Part shown: positions 13,106 through 24,957 of the stretch, piece by piece
Numbering within the stretch: the first letter of the stretch is position 1
Layout: each line of letters opens with the position of its first letter
Origin: Fistulifera solaris
Taxonomy: Eukaryota
Length of the DNA: 64,000 bases
Assembly (NCBI GenBank): GCA_030295235.1
Contig: AP026140.1
Coordinates: 682,001-746,000 of the forward strand
Direction: 5' to 3'
Notes under the pieces: model-generated
What the model was told of the DNA's origin: nothing
The model's input: the letters and a program-made list of their open reading frames with translations, nothing else
Database searches by the model: none
Translations under genes and position numbers: made by a program

Positions 13106-15110
13106 ATGACAGAACAAGATCAAACGAGTCTGGGAAATCCCCAGGAAATACGCGTAACTCATCTCGAATGGAGCGTCAATGTGGATTTCGAGGCGACGAT
13201 ATTTCGTGCGACGGCCACGTACCAAATGGAACGAGTGAACGCGAAAGCTAACGTTTTAAACCTCGATACGTCGCATTTGATGATTGAAAGTGTCAGCAAT
13301 CCGGAGGATGGGTCGGCTTTGCAATACAAACTAGTCAAGAATGAGAAAGAACATTTGGGAACGCAACTTTCGATTCTACTTCCGCCCGGAGCGAAGCGAG
13401 TTGCTATCGCATACCGTACGACCACCGCTTCCTCGGCGATTCAGTGGCTTCCTCCGTCACAAACAGCTGGAAAGCGACATCCGTATCTGTTTACTCAATG
13501 TCAAGCCATTCATGCTAGGTCCATGTTGCCATGTCAAGATCAACCGGGTGTCAAGATGACATTTGATGCGCACGTAACCGTTCCTTCTTGGGCCGTTTCC
13601 GTCATGTCGGGTGTCTTGGTTCGTAAAGACGAAGCTGCCGATGTCTCCGTCTTCCATTGGACGCAGAAAGTACCCGTGTCTTCTTACCTTATTGCCATGG
13701 CGGTCGGAGAGATCACCAAGAAGGATATCTCGGATCGTTGTGCGATTTGGTCGGAACCCGCCTTGGTAGACGTCGCCGCCGACGAATTCGCGCAATCGGA
13801 AGAATTCCTACAAATCGCTGAAACGATCGCCGGAACGCCCTATGTATGGGGTCGCTATGATCTGCTGTGTTTGCCTCCGTCGTTCCCGTACGGGGGGATG
13901 GAAAATCCCTGCCTCACCTTTGTGACACCGACGCTGCTCGCGCGGGATCGGAGTCTCGCGGATGTGGTAGCCCACGAGATTGCGCATAGTTGGACCGGTA
14001 ATTTGGTGACCAACGCGACGTGGGATCATTTTTGGCTCAATGAAGGGTGGACGACGTGGTTTCAGAGGAAGATCATGGCACGAATTCACAACGATGACCG
14101 TTTTCTGGATTTCGACGCCATTGGAGGCTACAAGACACTTCAAGACACCATGAAAGAGATGCCGACACAGTATCAAAGCCTAGTCCTCCCTATTGGTGAC
14201 AACGATCCCGACGATGCGTACTCTTCCGTGGCCTATGAAAAAGGATTCAATTTCTTGTATTCGCTCGAAAAACGTGTGGGCAAAGCATCGTTCGAGTCGT
14301 TCTTCCAAGCATATGTAAAGTCATTTGCAAGTAAGACTCTTACCTCGGAGGACTTCAAAGACTTTTTCTTAGAGCACTTCAAGGGAAACAGCGCTGTTGC
14401 TGGAATTCAATGGGACAAATGGTTCTATGAACCTGGTATGCCTCCAGAAGTACCAACATTCGATCGAACGTTGTCCGAAGCCTCCGAAAAGCTTGCCGAG
14501 GAATGGGTTGATGTAGATCAAAAATTTGCGCCAGAGCCCAAAACGGACATTAAAGGCTGGACGTCGCCGCAAATAACCTGCTTTTTGGATTCTTTGCAAG
14601 CGAGAACGGCATCGAAGCCTCTCAAATTAAGCACATTGAAAGCGATGGATGATCAATACAATTTTTCGCAAAGCCAAAACGCTGAAATTTTGTTTCGCTT
14701 CTGCGAGGTACGTCTGTGCAAATACCTGCTTGCTATAATACGAATCTATTTGAATAATAAATCTAACACTGTTTCTGTTCAAGATTTCAATCGCATCGGA
14801 AGATCAAAGCATGCTAATGGTGATTGTTTATTTCATCACGTCGCAAGGTAGAATGAAGTTCGTGCGCCCGCTCTACAGAGCACTTCACGAATCTGAGATG
14901 GGAAGGGATCTGGCAGTGGACGCATTTTTGAAAAACAAAGACTTCTACCACCCTATCTGTGCTAAGATGATTGCGTCGGATCTGAAACTGACAGTCGCCA
15001 AGCCAAACGACGATGTAGTTGACAGCAGCTCTGACAGTTACTGGAAAATGGCGGTACTAGTCGGGGCAGTTGCTGTGGCTGCTACTTTCATTTTCTCCAG
15101 AAGGAAGTAA
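13106..15110 (+). CDS. LTA4H: Leukotriene A4 hydrolase-like M1 aminopeptidase with one intron (~14708-14783)
   Basis: FTQCQAIHARS, GGMEN, HEIAH-x18-E, YEKG and QGRMKFVRPLY; GTACGT...CAAG intron; C-terminal TM tail. Confidence 0.93.
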
Positions 15111-15145
15111 TGCCTTTACTGAGGTTTTATTACGTATTTAATGAA

Positions 15146-15359
15146 CTTAGCTTTCTCTATACTGGCACGCATGCGTCAAGCGTTATGCTGTAGTCGAAGG
15201 TTTTATCTGTCAGGAACACTGCAGAAGGAGGGGTCGAGTCGACTTTTGATTTCTTAGCTTTCTCTATACTGGCACGCATGCGTCAAGCGTTATGCTGTAG
15301 TCGAAGGTTTTATCTGTCAGGAACACTGCAGAAGGAGGGGTCGAGTCGACTTTTGATTT
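15146..15359. repeat. Perfect 107-bp tandem duplication covering the ctpA stop codon and 3' UTR
   Basis: The unit CTTAGCTTTCTC...GACTTTTGATTT starts at 15146 and again at 15253. Confidence 0.95.
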
Positions 15360-16814
15360 CCTTGAAATCAACCTTAGATGTATCCGAAACGACTCCGGGG
15401 AGAAAAAGAGAAACGCCATCGGTGAGGTCAGGCTTTATTCCAGTGCCTTGAATGTCCGTTCCATTGGGTGTGACATAACGCGCCACTGTCAGAACTAATC
15501 CGGCGCCGTTCTTCAGTCCGTACACTGCCTGTATAAGACCCTTTCCAAAGCTTGTGCTTCCCATAAGCACTGCTCGGCAGTTATCATGGAGCGATCCTGC
15601 TAGAACTTCCGATGCCGAAGCGGTCCTACCATCAATCCAAACCACTAATGGATCGGTTTTGTCGATGGCTAGCTTGTCAGCTGCAGTGCGGAAAGGTAGT
15701 TTCACATCCGCATTATCCACGACGTATGTAGCAACACGATCACTCATAAAAAGGCTCGATATTTCGACTGCAGATTGAAAAGCACCGCCTGTGTTCTGCC
15801 TCAAATCAAGAACGTATGCATTGGCTCCAGCTACCTCTAGCTCTCGAAGAGCCTCTTCCAGTTTGGCTTTCACTAGCCCGTTAAACTCGGTTATTTTGAT
15901 GTAAGCTACAACTGTTCCATCTTGACGCCGTTCTGATATCTTGTAACGGATTGGGTTTTTGACTTCGGCAAACTGGCGAGGAAGGATAAGGTCTTCACTC
16001 GATTTACTCCCCTTTCTCTGCACAGTCATTGTGACCGTTGGTGCTTCTGGTTTTTCCGATATTTGATCAATGATATCAAATGCATTGCGACCCTTATTTG
16101 AGACTCCGTTGATCGCAAGGACGGTATCTCCAACCTGCAGACCGGCACGTGCGGCAGCCGAGCCCGGAATCGGAGGTGCACCCACGACAATGTCCTTGTT
16201 CTCGTTCGGCATCAACGTAGCTCCGACACCAATCAAATCATACTTTTGTATCGCCGAGTATGCAGCAGGGTCCAAAACACGGCTGTATTTGTCTTTGAGA
16301 CTATCTACCATGGAGGATATAAGCTTAATCACTTGCGTTTCGTCGTTTCCGGCCTTTGCTACGGATTTCAGATACTTTTTGCGTACTTGATCCCAATCCT
16401 GTCCGCCGAAAGTTCTATCAATGTAGTACTTATTGACAAGATCCCATGTTTCTTCGACAGTCGCTGTGCCGGATACTTGAGTGGACTCCTTTCTGGGAGA
16501 CTGAAGAATCGAAATTTCGTCGGCAAAAGCCGGTAAAATTAATCTTTCTGAGCAATAAATTTTGGGAGGAAAAGAACCAAGCTCCCTGTCAGCAGTGCCC
16601 CCGTCAGCTGCTTTCCAACGCATTGGATTAGCTCGTTCTGGCTTTGTTTGCGGACGCGCGGTTCAGCATCAGGCAAGTAGCCGATCTTTCCGAGTCGCCG
16701 TGAAGTTATTAGTGGCGCGAGTGTTGCTGGCCGTCCGACGGAATGCTGGGTCACCCAAGAAGAACCTGGTTGCAAGGCCAAGTGAAGAATTATAATTTTC
16801 AAACTGGACTTCAT
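15310..16814 (-). CDS. ctpA: Plastid C-terminal processing peptidase (S41, CtpA-like); frameshift ~16600
   Basis: PDZ domain, LDLRQNTGG, TASASEVLAG and SFGKGLIQ motifs; signal peptide ending SSW in ORF 16539-16814. Confidence 0.88.
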
Positions 16815-17152
16815 AGCTTACTGAGGAGGTAGCCTGTATTGTTGTTGTCGGCCATTGGCTTTTGGTATTGCGGCTATATTGATTGGCATAATATCCAGAA
16901 AATCGACGGACGCCAAACACTGCGCTATTTCCAGTCCGTCTTGTGTACGAACGTATAAATAGAATAGTAATGATAGACACCGTTAAGACATTATGGCTAT
17001 TGTGATTGCGACTTCTTTGGTCACTTTTTGATCGCGAGAGAAAATTCCCGCACAGTTCCCAAAATTCAGAGCATACGAACAATGATGGTGCTTGAGCAAC
17101 CTCTTCGGTAGGTCCTTTTATTGTAGACTCAAATGATGTCATCGAAGAAGCA

Positions 17153-17665
17153 ATGACATATCCAATGAATCGATTTGTAACTTATTTGTCGCTGTGCAGC
17201 TCTGTCGTTAATGCCTTTGTACCACCTCGTCCACTTTTGGCTGCTTCCTCTCCTGTATGGGCTGCCACATTGCCATGCTTGATGGAAAGCCATGTGCCTC
17301 TGAACTGTGTGGCCGAACGCGTCTCGACGCTATGCATTTCGGAAGGTATGAATACAGCAGGATCCGTACCCCATGTCTTGGTCGCTGCTACGATTGCTGT
17401 CCCTATACTCGCTATTGCAAAGTTCATGTATTCTTCTTACATTATACCCGAAGCGGCGAAGCAACTCGAGTCGGAAACGAAGGAGTTGGCACCCAAACTG
17501 TGGAGGGAGATGAAAGACGAGTTGGAAGATGGAGAAATACTAGAGCAGCGGCCTGATCTGATGGAGCAACTGTTTACGAAGATACAGCCGTATCTTCTGA
17601 AGGAAATCGCAGAGCAAATGCAAGAAGAGTCGGAAGCCGAAGAGCCAGAGCCGCCCCAAACGTGA
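17153..17665 (+). CDS. Hypothetical plastid-targeted single-TM protein
   Basis: Signal peptide with VNAFVP motif, one TM segment and an acidic tail. Confidence 0.7.
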   Translation: MTYPMNRFVTYLSLCSSVVNAFVPPRPLLAASSPVWAATLPCLMESHVPLNCVAERVSTLCISEGMNTAGSVPHVLVAATIAVPILAIAKFMYSSYIIPEAAKQLESETKELAPKLWREMKDELEDGEILEQRPDLMEQLFTKIQPYLLKEIAEQMQEESEAEEPEPPQT

Positions 17666-17948
17666 TTTCAGCAATAGTGGTACTAGACGGAAAACTGTGG
17701 CGAGTCGAGGTGTCGGTAGAGACGTTGACGCCGAATGTTAGCTTAAAGCTAAACCAATCTTTTGCTTTTTGTTGGTGACAAAAGCACTTTGGAATACCGT
17801 GTTCTCAGCACTATAAACTTTCATAACGGACATCACAAATCAATTCGATCACATAGTTCGTTCTAATCGACACCACAGTCGAATGGAAAAATCTCTAAAA
17901 CAAGTCAACTGTGGGCATTTAGCATATTATCTCCACTCATTTCGTCTC

Positions 17949-18473
17949 CTACTTGTTAAGAGTCCACCAGTTAGTCTTCTTCTCCGGCTCAGGTTCAGGT
18001 TCTGGTTTCTTTTTATTAAACATGCTGAATAGCCCTCCACCTTTCTTCAAATCGGAGTCATCCGGAGCTCCACCAGGTCGCTGCATGTAGGGTATATCCT
18101 TGGGATCTTTTACCTTAGTCGGATCGACGGGGAACAAGTTTTGCCGCCCGATTTCTGCCAATCTGCGAAGGACCTACTCTTGAAGGTGGTGATGCCAACT
18201 TTTCCGAGGTTCTTTCCTTTGTTCGCTTCCCTCTCTTTTGCCTTAATCTTATTCCATTGTTCCTTCGACATTCCAGAAGCTGCAGAGAACAACGCAAAAT
18301 GAGAGTACGAGTAGACAAATGGATGAGACATCGACAAAATACCTACGGATGTACTCCATCGATAACGAGCTTTCGTTCGATGTTGCTCCCACCGCCGAGC
18401 CCGTAAAGGACGACGACGGGGAGAAAGCGTGAGCACCAACAACTAGGGCGGAAAGAAGGAATGTGGTCTTCAT
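17949..18473 (-). CDS. Small plastid-targeted hypothetical protein with one intron (~18282-18345) and a probable frameshift
   Basis: MKTTFLLSALVVGAHAFSP presequence; exons reassemble to MEYIP..GMSKEQW..FKSRSF..LFPVDP..IPYMQR..NWW. Confidence 0.7.
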
Positions 18474-19169
18474 GGTTTACACCGAATCAGTAGATTACAA
18501 GGGTTCAATTCAAAATAAACGAATTTTGTTGCTGGGGGTTCTGTTTTTGTTTTGTTCGATGACGCCGCTTTGAACTTAGAAATCTTCTTACTTTTTTTCT
18601 TTATAGTGGCTTACTACTCTGGCATATGATGAGGTTTTTGCTGACTCCTCACTGCTTAGCTGGTAAGTGACGTATCGGTATTGAGCCCGGCCGATTGACG
18701 CCATCAAACGCACTAGGGTTGACGTTCATTAACTAGCACGCTGCCTAAACCATCCGAAAAGTTTTACTTTCGCTGTGACAAGGGGGGGTGTGGGGGTGGG
18801 ATTTTTGAGAATCCATGGACTTATTTTGGACTTTACTTTGGTCGAATGTATGTTAAATGACTCGCCACAGGTCATTGATACTACTATTATAGGTTATTGT
18901 TGCAAAAATTTCAAAATATCAATGAAGTACTAAGATGTATGAAAAATCATTTGTTTTTGTCGAAAGAAAGCATGCAGTATCACTTATAAAGTCAAGTGAG
19001 CTTATTTATTCCGTTGGAGTCAAATGGACGGCCGGCTTCTTGACCGTTTGTTCCTACAAAAAAAGCCTTATTCCTCTAGCCAATTTTGGCGAATAAATAT
19101 CCGTTGTTAAAGCGTGACTTGACCCACCAAAATTGTGACCCGTGGGCTAATATATTTGTTGCTGGTAAC

Positions 19170-19440
19170 ACCTGTCTATGAACAAGTGGTGTTCATTGTT
19201 CAAGAATCAAGTCTTTCAGAACAAGCTTGTAGATAAATCTTGGAAATTCAATTAATGCTAGACTGTAGACTGTCTGAGAACAAGTGGTCTTTTATGACAA
19301 GCTTGAATGTTCACTGTTCACTACGCACGGAGAATTTATTGGCTGTTAGTAGAGACTGTCTATGAACAAATAATGGTGTTCATTACTTCAGAATAAATTC
19401 TTAGCGTCTGTTCTGCGAACAATGAATGTTCACTACAAAC
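19170..19440. repeat. Short dispersed repeats CTGTCTATGAACAAGTGGTGTTCA (3-4 copies) flanking the satellite
   Basis: Copies at ~19172, ~19270, ~19356 and ~19410; internal GAACA..TGTTC dyad. Confidence 0.65.
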
Positions 19441-19450
19441 AATACAACCA

Positions 19451-22367
19451 TTCCAGAATTTCTGGAACGGGCACAGAATTTATGTATGATCCAAACAACT
19501 GATTCCAGATATCTGGAACGACTACAGAATCTCTGTTTGACCCAAAACACCCATTTCAGAATTTTCGGAACAACCACAGAGTCTCTATTCGACCCAAATA
19601 ACCATTTCCAGAATTTCTGGAACGACCACCGAATCTCTGTTTGTGCCAAAATATAGATTCCAGAATTTCTGGAACGTGCACAGAATCTAGTCTATGTTTG
19701 ATACAAATCAGCGATTCCAGAATATTTGGAACGACCAAAGAATCTCTGTATGTCGCAAAACAACGATTCCACAATATCTGGAACCCAATACAACCATTCC
19801 AGAATTTCTGGAACGAGCACAGAATCTATATACAATCCAAAAAAGTGATTCCAGATATTTGGAACGACTACAGAATCTCTGTTTGACCCAAATTACCGAT
19901 TCCAGAATTTCTGGGACGACCACAAAACCTCTGTTTGTCCCAAAATACAGATTCCAGAAATTCTAGAACGATGACAGAAACTCTGTTTGACCCAATACAA
20001 CAGTTCCCGAATATCTGGAACGGGCACAGAATCTCTGTTTGACCCAAAACAATTATTCCTGAATTTCTGGAACGACCACAGAATCGCTGTTTGACTCGAA
20101 GCTTCAATCCCAGAATTTCTTGAACGACCACTGAATCTCTGTTTGTTCCAAAACACACTTTCCGGAATTTCTGGAACGGGCATAGAGTCTCTGCTCGACC
20201 CAAAAACACCCATTCCAGAATTTCTGGAACAACCACCGCATCTCTGTTTGGTCAAAAATATATAGGTCTAGATTCTATTATTTCTGAAACGACCACAGAA
20301 TCTCTGTTTCACTCAAATTACCGATTCCAGAACTTCTGGAACGACTACAGAATTTCTTTTGGACCCAATACAACATTTCCCGAATTTCTGGAACGAGAGA
20401 ATTGTCTGTTTGATCCAAAACACACTTTCCAGAATTTCTGGAATGACAAAAGAATTTCTGTTTGTTCCAAATCACCGATCCCAGAATTTCTGGAACGACC
20501 ACTGAACCTCTGTTTGTTCCAAAAGACACTTTCCAGAATTTCTGGGACGACCAAAAATTCTGTTTGATCCAAGTTACCAATTCCAGAATCCCGGAACAAC
20601 CACAAACTTTTGTACGACGGAATACAACAATTCCTGATTTCTGGAACAGTCACAGAATCTCTGTTTGACCCAAAACAACATTCCTGAAATTCTGGAACGA
20701 CCAATGAATCTCTGTTTGTTCCAAAACACACTTACCAGAATTTCTGGGACGACCAAACAAATTATGTTTGATACAAGTTACCAATTCCAGAATTTCTGGA
20801 ACGACCACAGAATCAATGTTTAACCCATTTACCGATTCCACAATTTCTGGAACGACCACAAACTTTCGTATGATCCAAATTACATATTCTAGAATTTCTG
20901 GAACCACCGAATCTCTGATCGTCCCAAAACACAATTTCCAGACTGTCTGGAACGACCAAAGAAATTCTGTTTGATCCAAATCACCGATTCCTGAACTTCC
21001 GGAACGGGCACAGAATCTATATTTGACCCAAAACAGCGATTCCTGAATTTCTGGAACCTCCACAGACTTTCGTATGACCCAAATTACCGATTCCAGAATT
21101 TCTGGAATGACCACAGAATCTCTGTATTACTCAAAACAACTAGTCCAGAATTTCTGGAACGACCACAGCTCTGTTTGATCCAAATTAATTACCGATTCTA
21201 GAATTTCTGGAACGATTACCGAATCTCTGATCGTTACAAAACACAATTTCCAGACTGTCTGGAACGACCAAAGAAATTCTGTTTGAGCCAAATCACCGAT
21301 TCCCGAACTTCCGGAACGGGCACAGAATCTATGTTTGACCAAAAACAACGATCCTGAATTTCTGGAACCTCCAAGGACTTTCGTATGACCCAGATTACTG
21401 ATTCCAGAATTTCTGGAACGACCACAGAATCTCTGTATTACTCAAAACAACTAGTCCAGAATTTCTGGAATGATTCCAGAATTTCTGGAACGACTACAGA
21501 ATCTCTGTTTGACTCGAAGCTTCAATCCCAGAATTTCTGGAACGACCACAGAATCTCTGTATTACTCAAAACAACTAGTCCAGAATTTCTGGAATGACCA
21601 CAGAATCTCTGTTTGATCCAAATTACCGATTATTCCAAAATTTCTGGAACAACTACAGAATCTCTGTTTGACCCAAAGGACCGATTCCAGAAATTCTGGA
21701 ACGACCACAGAATCTCTTTTGACCAAAACAACTAGTCAAGAATTTCTGGAACGGCCACAGAATCTCTGTTTTATGCAAATTACCTATTCCAGAATTTCTG
21801 GAACGACCACAGACTTTCGTATGACTCAATTACCGATTCCAGAATTTCTGGAACGACCACAGAGTTTCTGTACTACTCAAAACAACTAGTCCAGAATTTC
21901 TGGAACGACCACAGAATGTCTGTTTGATCCAAATTACCGATTATTCCAGAATTTCTGGAACGACTACAGAATCTCTGTTTGACCAAAAACACTGATTCCA
22001 GAATTTCTGGAACGACCAAAGAATGTATGTTTGACCCACAACAACTAGTCCAGAATTTCTGGAACGACCACAGAATCTCTGTTTTATCCAAATTACCGAT
22101 TTGAGAATTTCTGGAACGACCACATTCTTTCGTATGACCCAAATTGCCGATTCCAGAATTTCTGGAACGACCACAGAATCTCTGTATTACTCAAAACAAC
22201 TAGACCAGAATTTCTTGATCGAACACAGAATCTCTGTTTGATCCAAATCACCGATTCCAGAATTTCTGGAACGACAACAGAGGAGTCTTTGTTTGACCGC
22301 AAACAATTTTTAAAATCCATACAGAATCTCTGTTAAGCTTATGTCGTTAGACACTGATTCCAGAATT
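19451..22367. repeat. Tandem satellite array, ~52-bp monomer, roughly 55 copies
   Basis: Monomer TTCCAGAATTTCTGGAACGACCACAGAATCTCTGTTTGA plus a ~13-nt variable segment; contains the dyads TTCCAGAA-T-TTCTGGAA and ACAGA-ATC-TCTGT. Confidence 0.97.
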
Positions 22368-22847
22368 CTTTCATTTTTTAGGGCTACTCCGGAGTCACGT
22401 AGTATTCTTTCTCATGTCCTTAACCTTAACTTTTCCGCCTCTCACGGGCGCCTGCCACAATCTCTTTTTTGGGATTATTCTGCGCTGGTAGTCTAGACAA
22501 GTCTATCAAGAGTGCATAAAAATCAAGATTTCATTAGAAGTCCTTCATTAAATCAACAGCCATGGGGCTCAATGATGGACACGACACCTGGTATTATACC
22601 AGAAACTGATTCAACGTGCCTCACCCCGTGGATTCATTCGCATGTTGCATGCTACGATGAAAAAGCGTAAGACGAACTTGCCAGTTCTGGTGTAACCGAT
22701 TATGCTTCATGCCCTGCAGTGCTGCTGCGTCGTATACTATAAGACCCAACCGAAATGATCATATTCCATCTGATTGATCCCCACTGTGGGCTGGGCCCCT
22801 TGCCTTGAAGAGCAACACCAAAGCAAAAAATAAGCCCTATTCAGTCG

Positions 22848-24422
22848 TTACGACATTTCTTCAATTTCGTCTGGGCTTTGACTTTTGAACTCAACTAATT
22901 TAACATGCTCGTTGTCAAAAACAAAGACCCTCTCAAGAATATCTCGTTTCCTCTGTTTGGAACTGGCGGGGAGACCATCCAACCATTTTACCCCTCGTCT
23001 CGATGAAGATCGAGCGGGCTCCACGATCTCGTTGGGCTTTTTTCATTTCGCGAAGCTTCTTCAAGAGTTCCAGCTTCTCCTGACGTGCCTTTTCCAGATC
23101 TTTTCTCATCATATGATGCCGCTCGTTTTCGCGCTCCTTTCGAGCTTTCTCTTCTGCAGTTGTGTTTCTTGATCGTACCTGCGAGTTTGTCTCTGTAAGC
23201 TGAGCATCTTTTCCTTCCTCTCGCTCAACTTCAACAAGCCACGTCGGTTTGTCAATTTTACCCGATTCTACCTTTTGCAGATCGCCCAGTCTCTCTTTCA
23301 GTAAATTAATCAAACGTCTGACGGAGTCTCCAAAGTAGCGTTAGTATGAGTATCTTTGCCATTTTCTTTTGCTTTACTTTCCCAGCTCAATTTAATTTTG
23401 TTCAGTGCAGATTGGACCGCAATGACGGGCAGCCCACCAGTGTCGACGTGCGTCCACTTCTCCAGCTTGACCCGTCCTTTCGTTTGCGCACCGCTTACTA
23501 AGGAATCGACATGTTTACTGAGATTCTTGATCACTTTGTTGATTTTGGATTGTATAATTGCCTGTTTGTTGAATGGAATATTCTCAAGAAACTCGAGCAG
23601 CGGCAAAAGCAATAACCCTGTTGGTGAGGGCCGAACTTCCGATCTTACTTCTTTAGTTCCGTTCGTAGGTACGTCTCGAATAACAGGCTCAGAAGCCTCT
23701 AACACCCATCGACTCAAGATCTGAAGACCCTTTGCTGCTAAAATTAACATAAGCCTCCGTGGCGGTGCAGGTTTAGGACTCACGACGACAGGAGAATCTT
23801 GGAGAGTAGTCGACGTATCATCTTCAGATATCCTAGGTCTTTTCGTAGGAGGAAGCTTTTCTTCTGTTTCCGAAGCATCCATTGATTGAGATGCCAGTGC
23901 TATTCTGGTTGTTTCAAAGTTCTCTTGTATCCTTTCATCTAACTGATGAGTTCGTTCCAAAATAGCAAGAACCAGAGATCGGCTCTTCAAGTCCTGGCAA
24001 CGCATAGCCATCAGCCCAATAAATTCCAGTATTTTCGTCTCACGAAGAGCTCCAGCAATCCAAGTGTCCTCCTCTACATCAATTTCTGCTTCCCAATCCG
24101 CACCCGTCGGAGATTCCCCTATCGTACAACATGAAACTAAAGCCTTTTCTAATGATGAAGCGCCAGACCAGAGATCGTCTTTCGAATCCGACTCTGTGCC
24201 CGACTCCTTAGTAGCTTTCTTCCCATCTACAGCATGTTTCGTCGCTTCTTGTTCCTTCAACTGACAAAGGACATTCAAAGCTTCTTGTCGACGGGAAAGA
24301 TAATCTCTCTCTACTCTCCGATTGAGCTGGTTCCCTTTGCTTGTTTCTCTTTCATGTGTGCCATTTGCCATCAACTGATGGTAGGGGATTTGCTTGGTCT
24401 CCTCAGTCGGTACGCACTCCAT
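22848..24422 (-). CDS. TFIIS-N domain protein with an RVxW motif (PNUTS/PPP1R10-like); two apparent frameshifts
   Basis: LLEFLENIPFNKQAIIQSKINKVIKNL (TFIIS-N); the shifted frame near 22990 reads RRGVKWLDG..ILERVFVF, a PP1-docking-like motif; stop at 22848. Confidence 0.65.
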
Positions 24423-24957
24423 TGTCAATTGTGGGACAAGCAGCCCGAAACCTCTAAAGGGTAATATAATAAGGTAGCGTGTCAACAGTGACTTGCAAAT
24501 TAGATGATCGAACGAAAATGTGCTTGCATAGAATCACCGTCTGCGGTTAAAGTGCGGAATGAAAATTGACAGCTCAGAAGGAGCAACGGGCATTTTATTC
24601 ACAAAATTAAAAAAAAAACACTTTTACTTTTACAGCGTTTGATAGACATCAGTTTGATGATAATCAATGAAGTTGCATCGTCGCGATGTTTTTATTAGTT
24701 GTCGAGTGGAGGCGAACGCGAAACTACCGAGTAGCGTATCGGTACTAACTTCTTAGGCTAACGGTGCTCGCTTTCTTGCTACCATTAGATCTGAAACGTG
24801 TTACTTTGTACTTTTTCGCGAGGCCGCAATAAACGCGAAACGCAAAAAGCGTGCGGAGAGATCTATATCGCGTGCGCGGAGATCATAAAATTTTACCAGC
24901 ATACCTTGTAATTCAATATTGACACTATCATCCTTCTTCTGCATCAATCTAAATTCA

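Noticed and set aside
19401..22320. Many overlapping repetitive ORFs (PEFLERPQNL, SRISGTTTES)
   Set aside because: Translations of a 52-bp monomer that is not a multiple of 3; no sustained frame
19451..22367. CRISPR array (palindromic repeat plus variable segment)
   Set aside because: The variable parts are only ~13 nt and recur, the repeats are degenerate, there are no cas genes, and the context is eukaryotic
18731..22500. Helitron enclosing the satellite (CTAG motifs at both sides)
   Set aside because: No convincing subterminal hairpin or TC..CTAG/AT junction found
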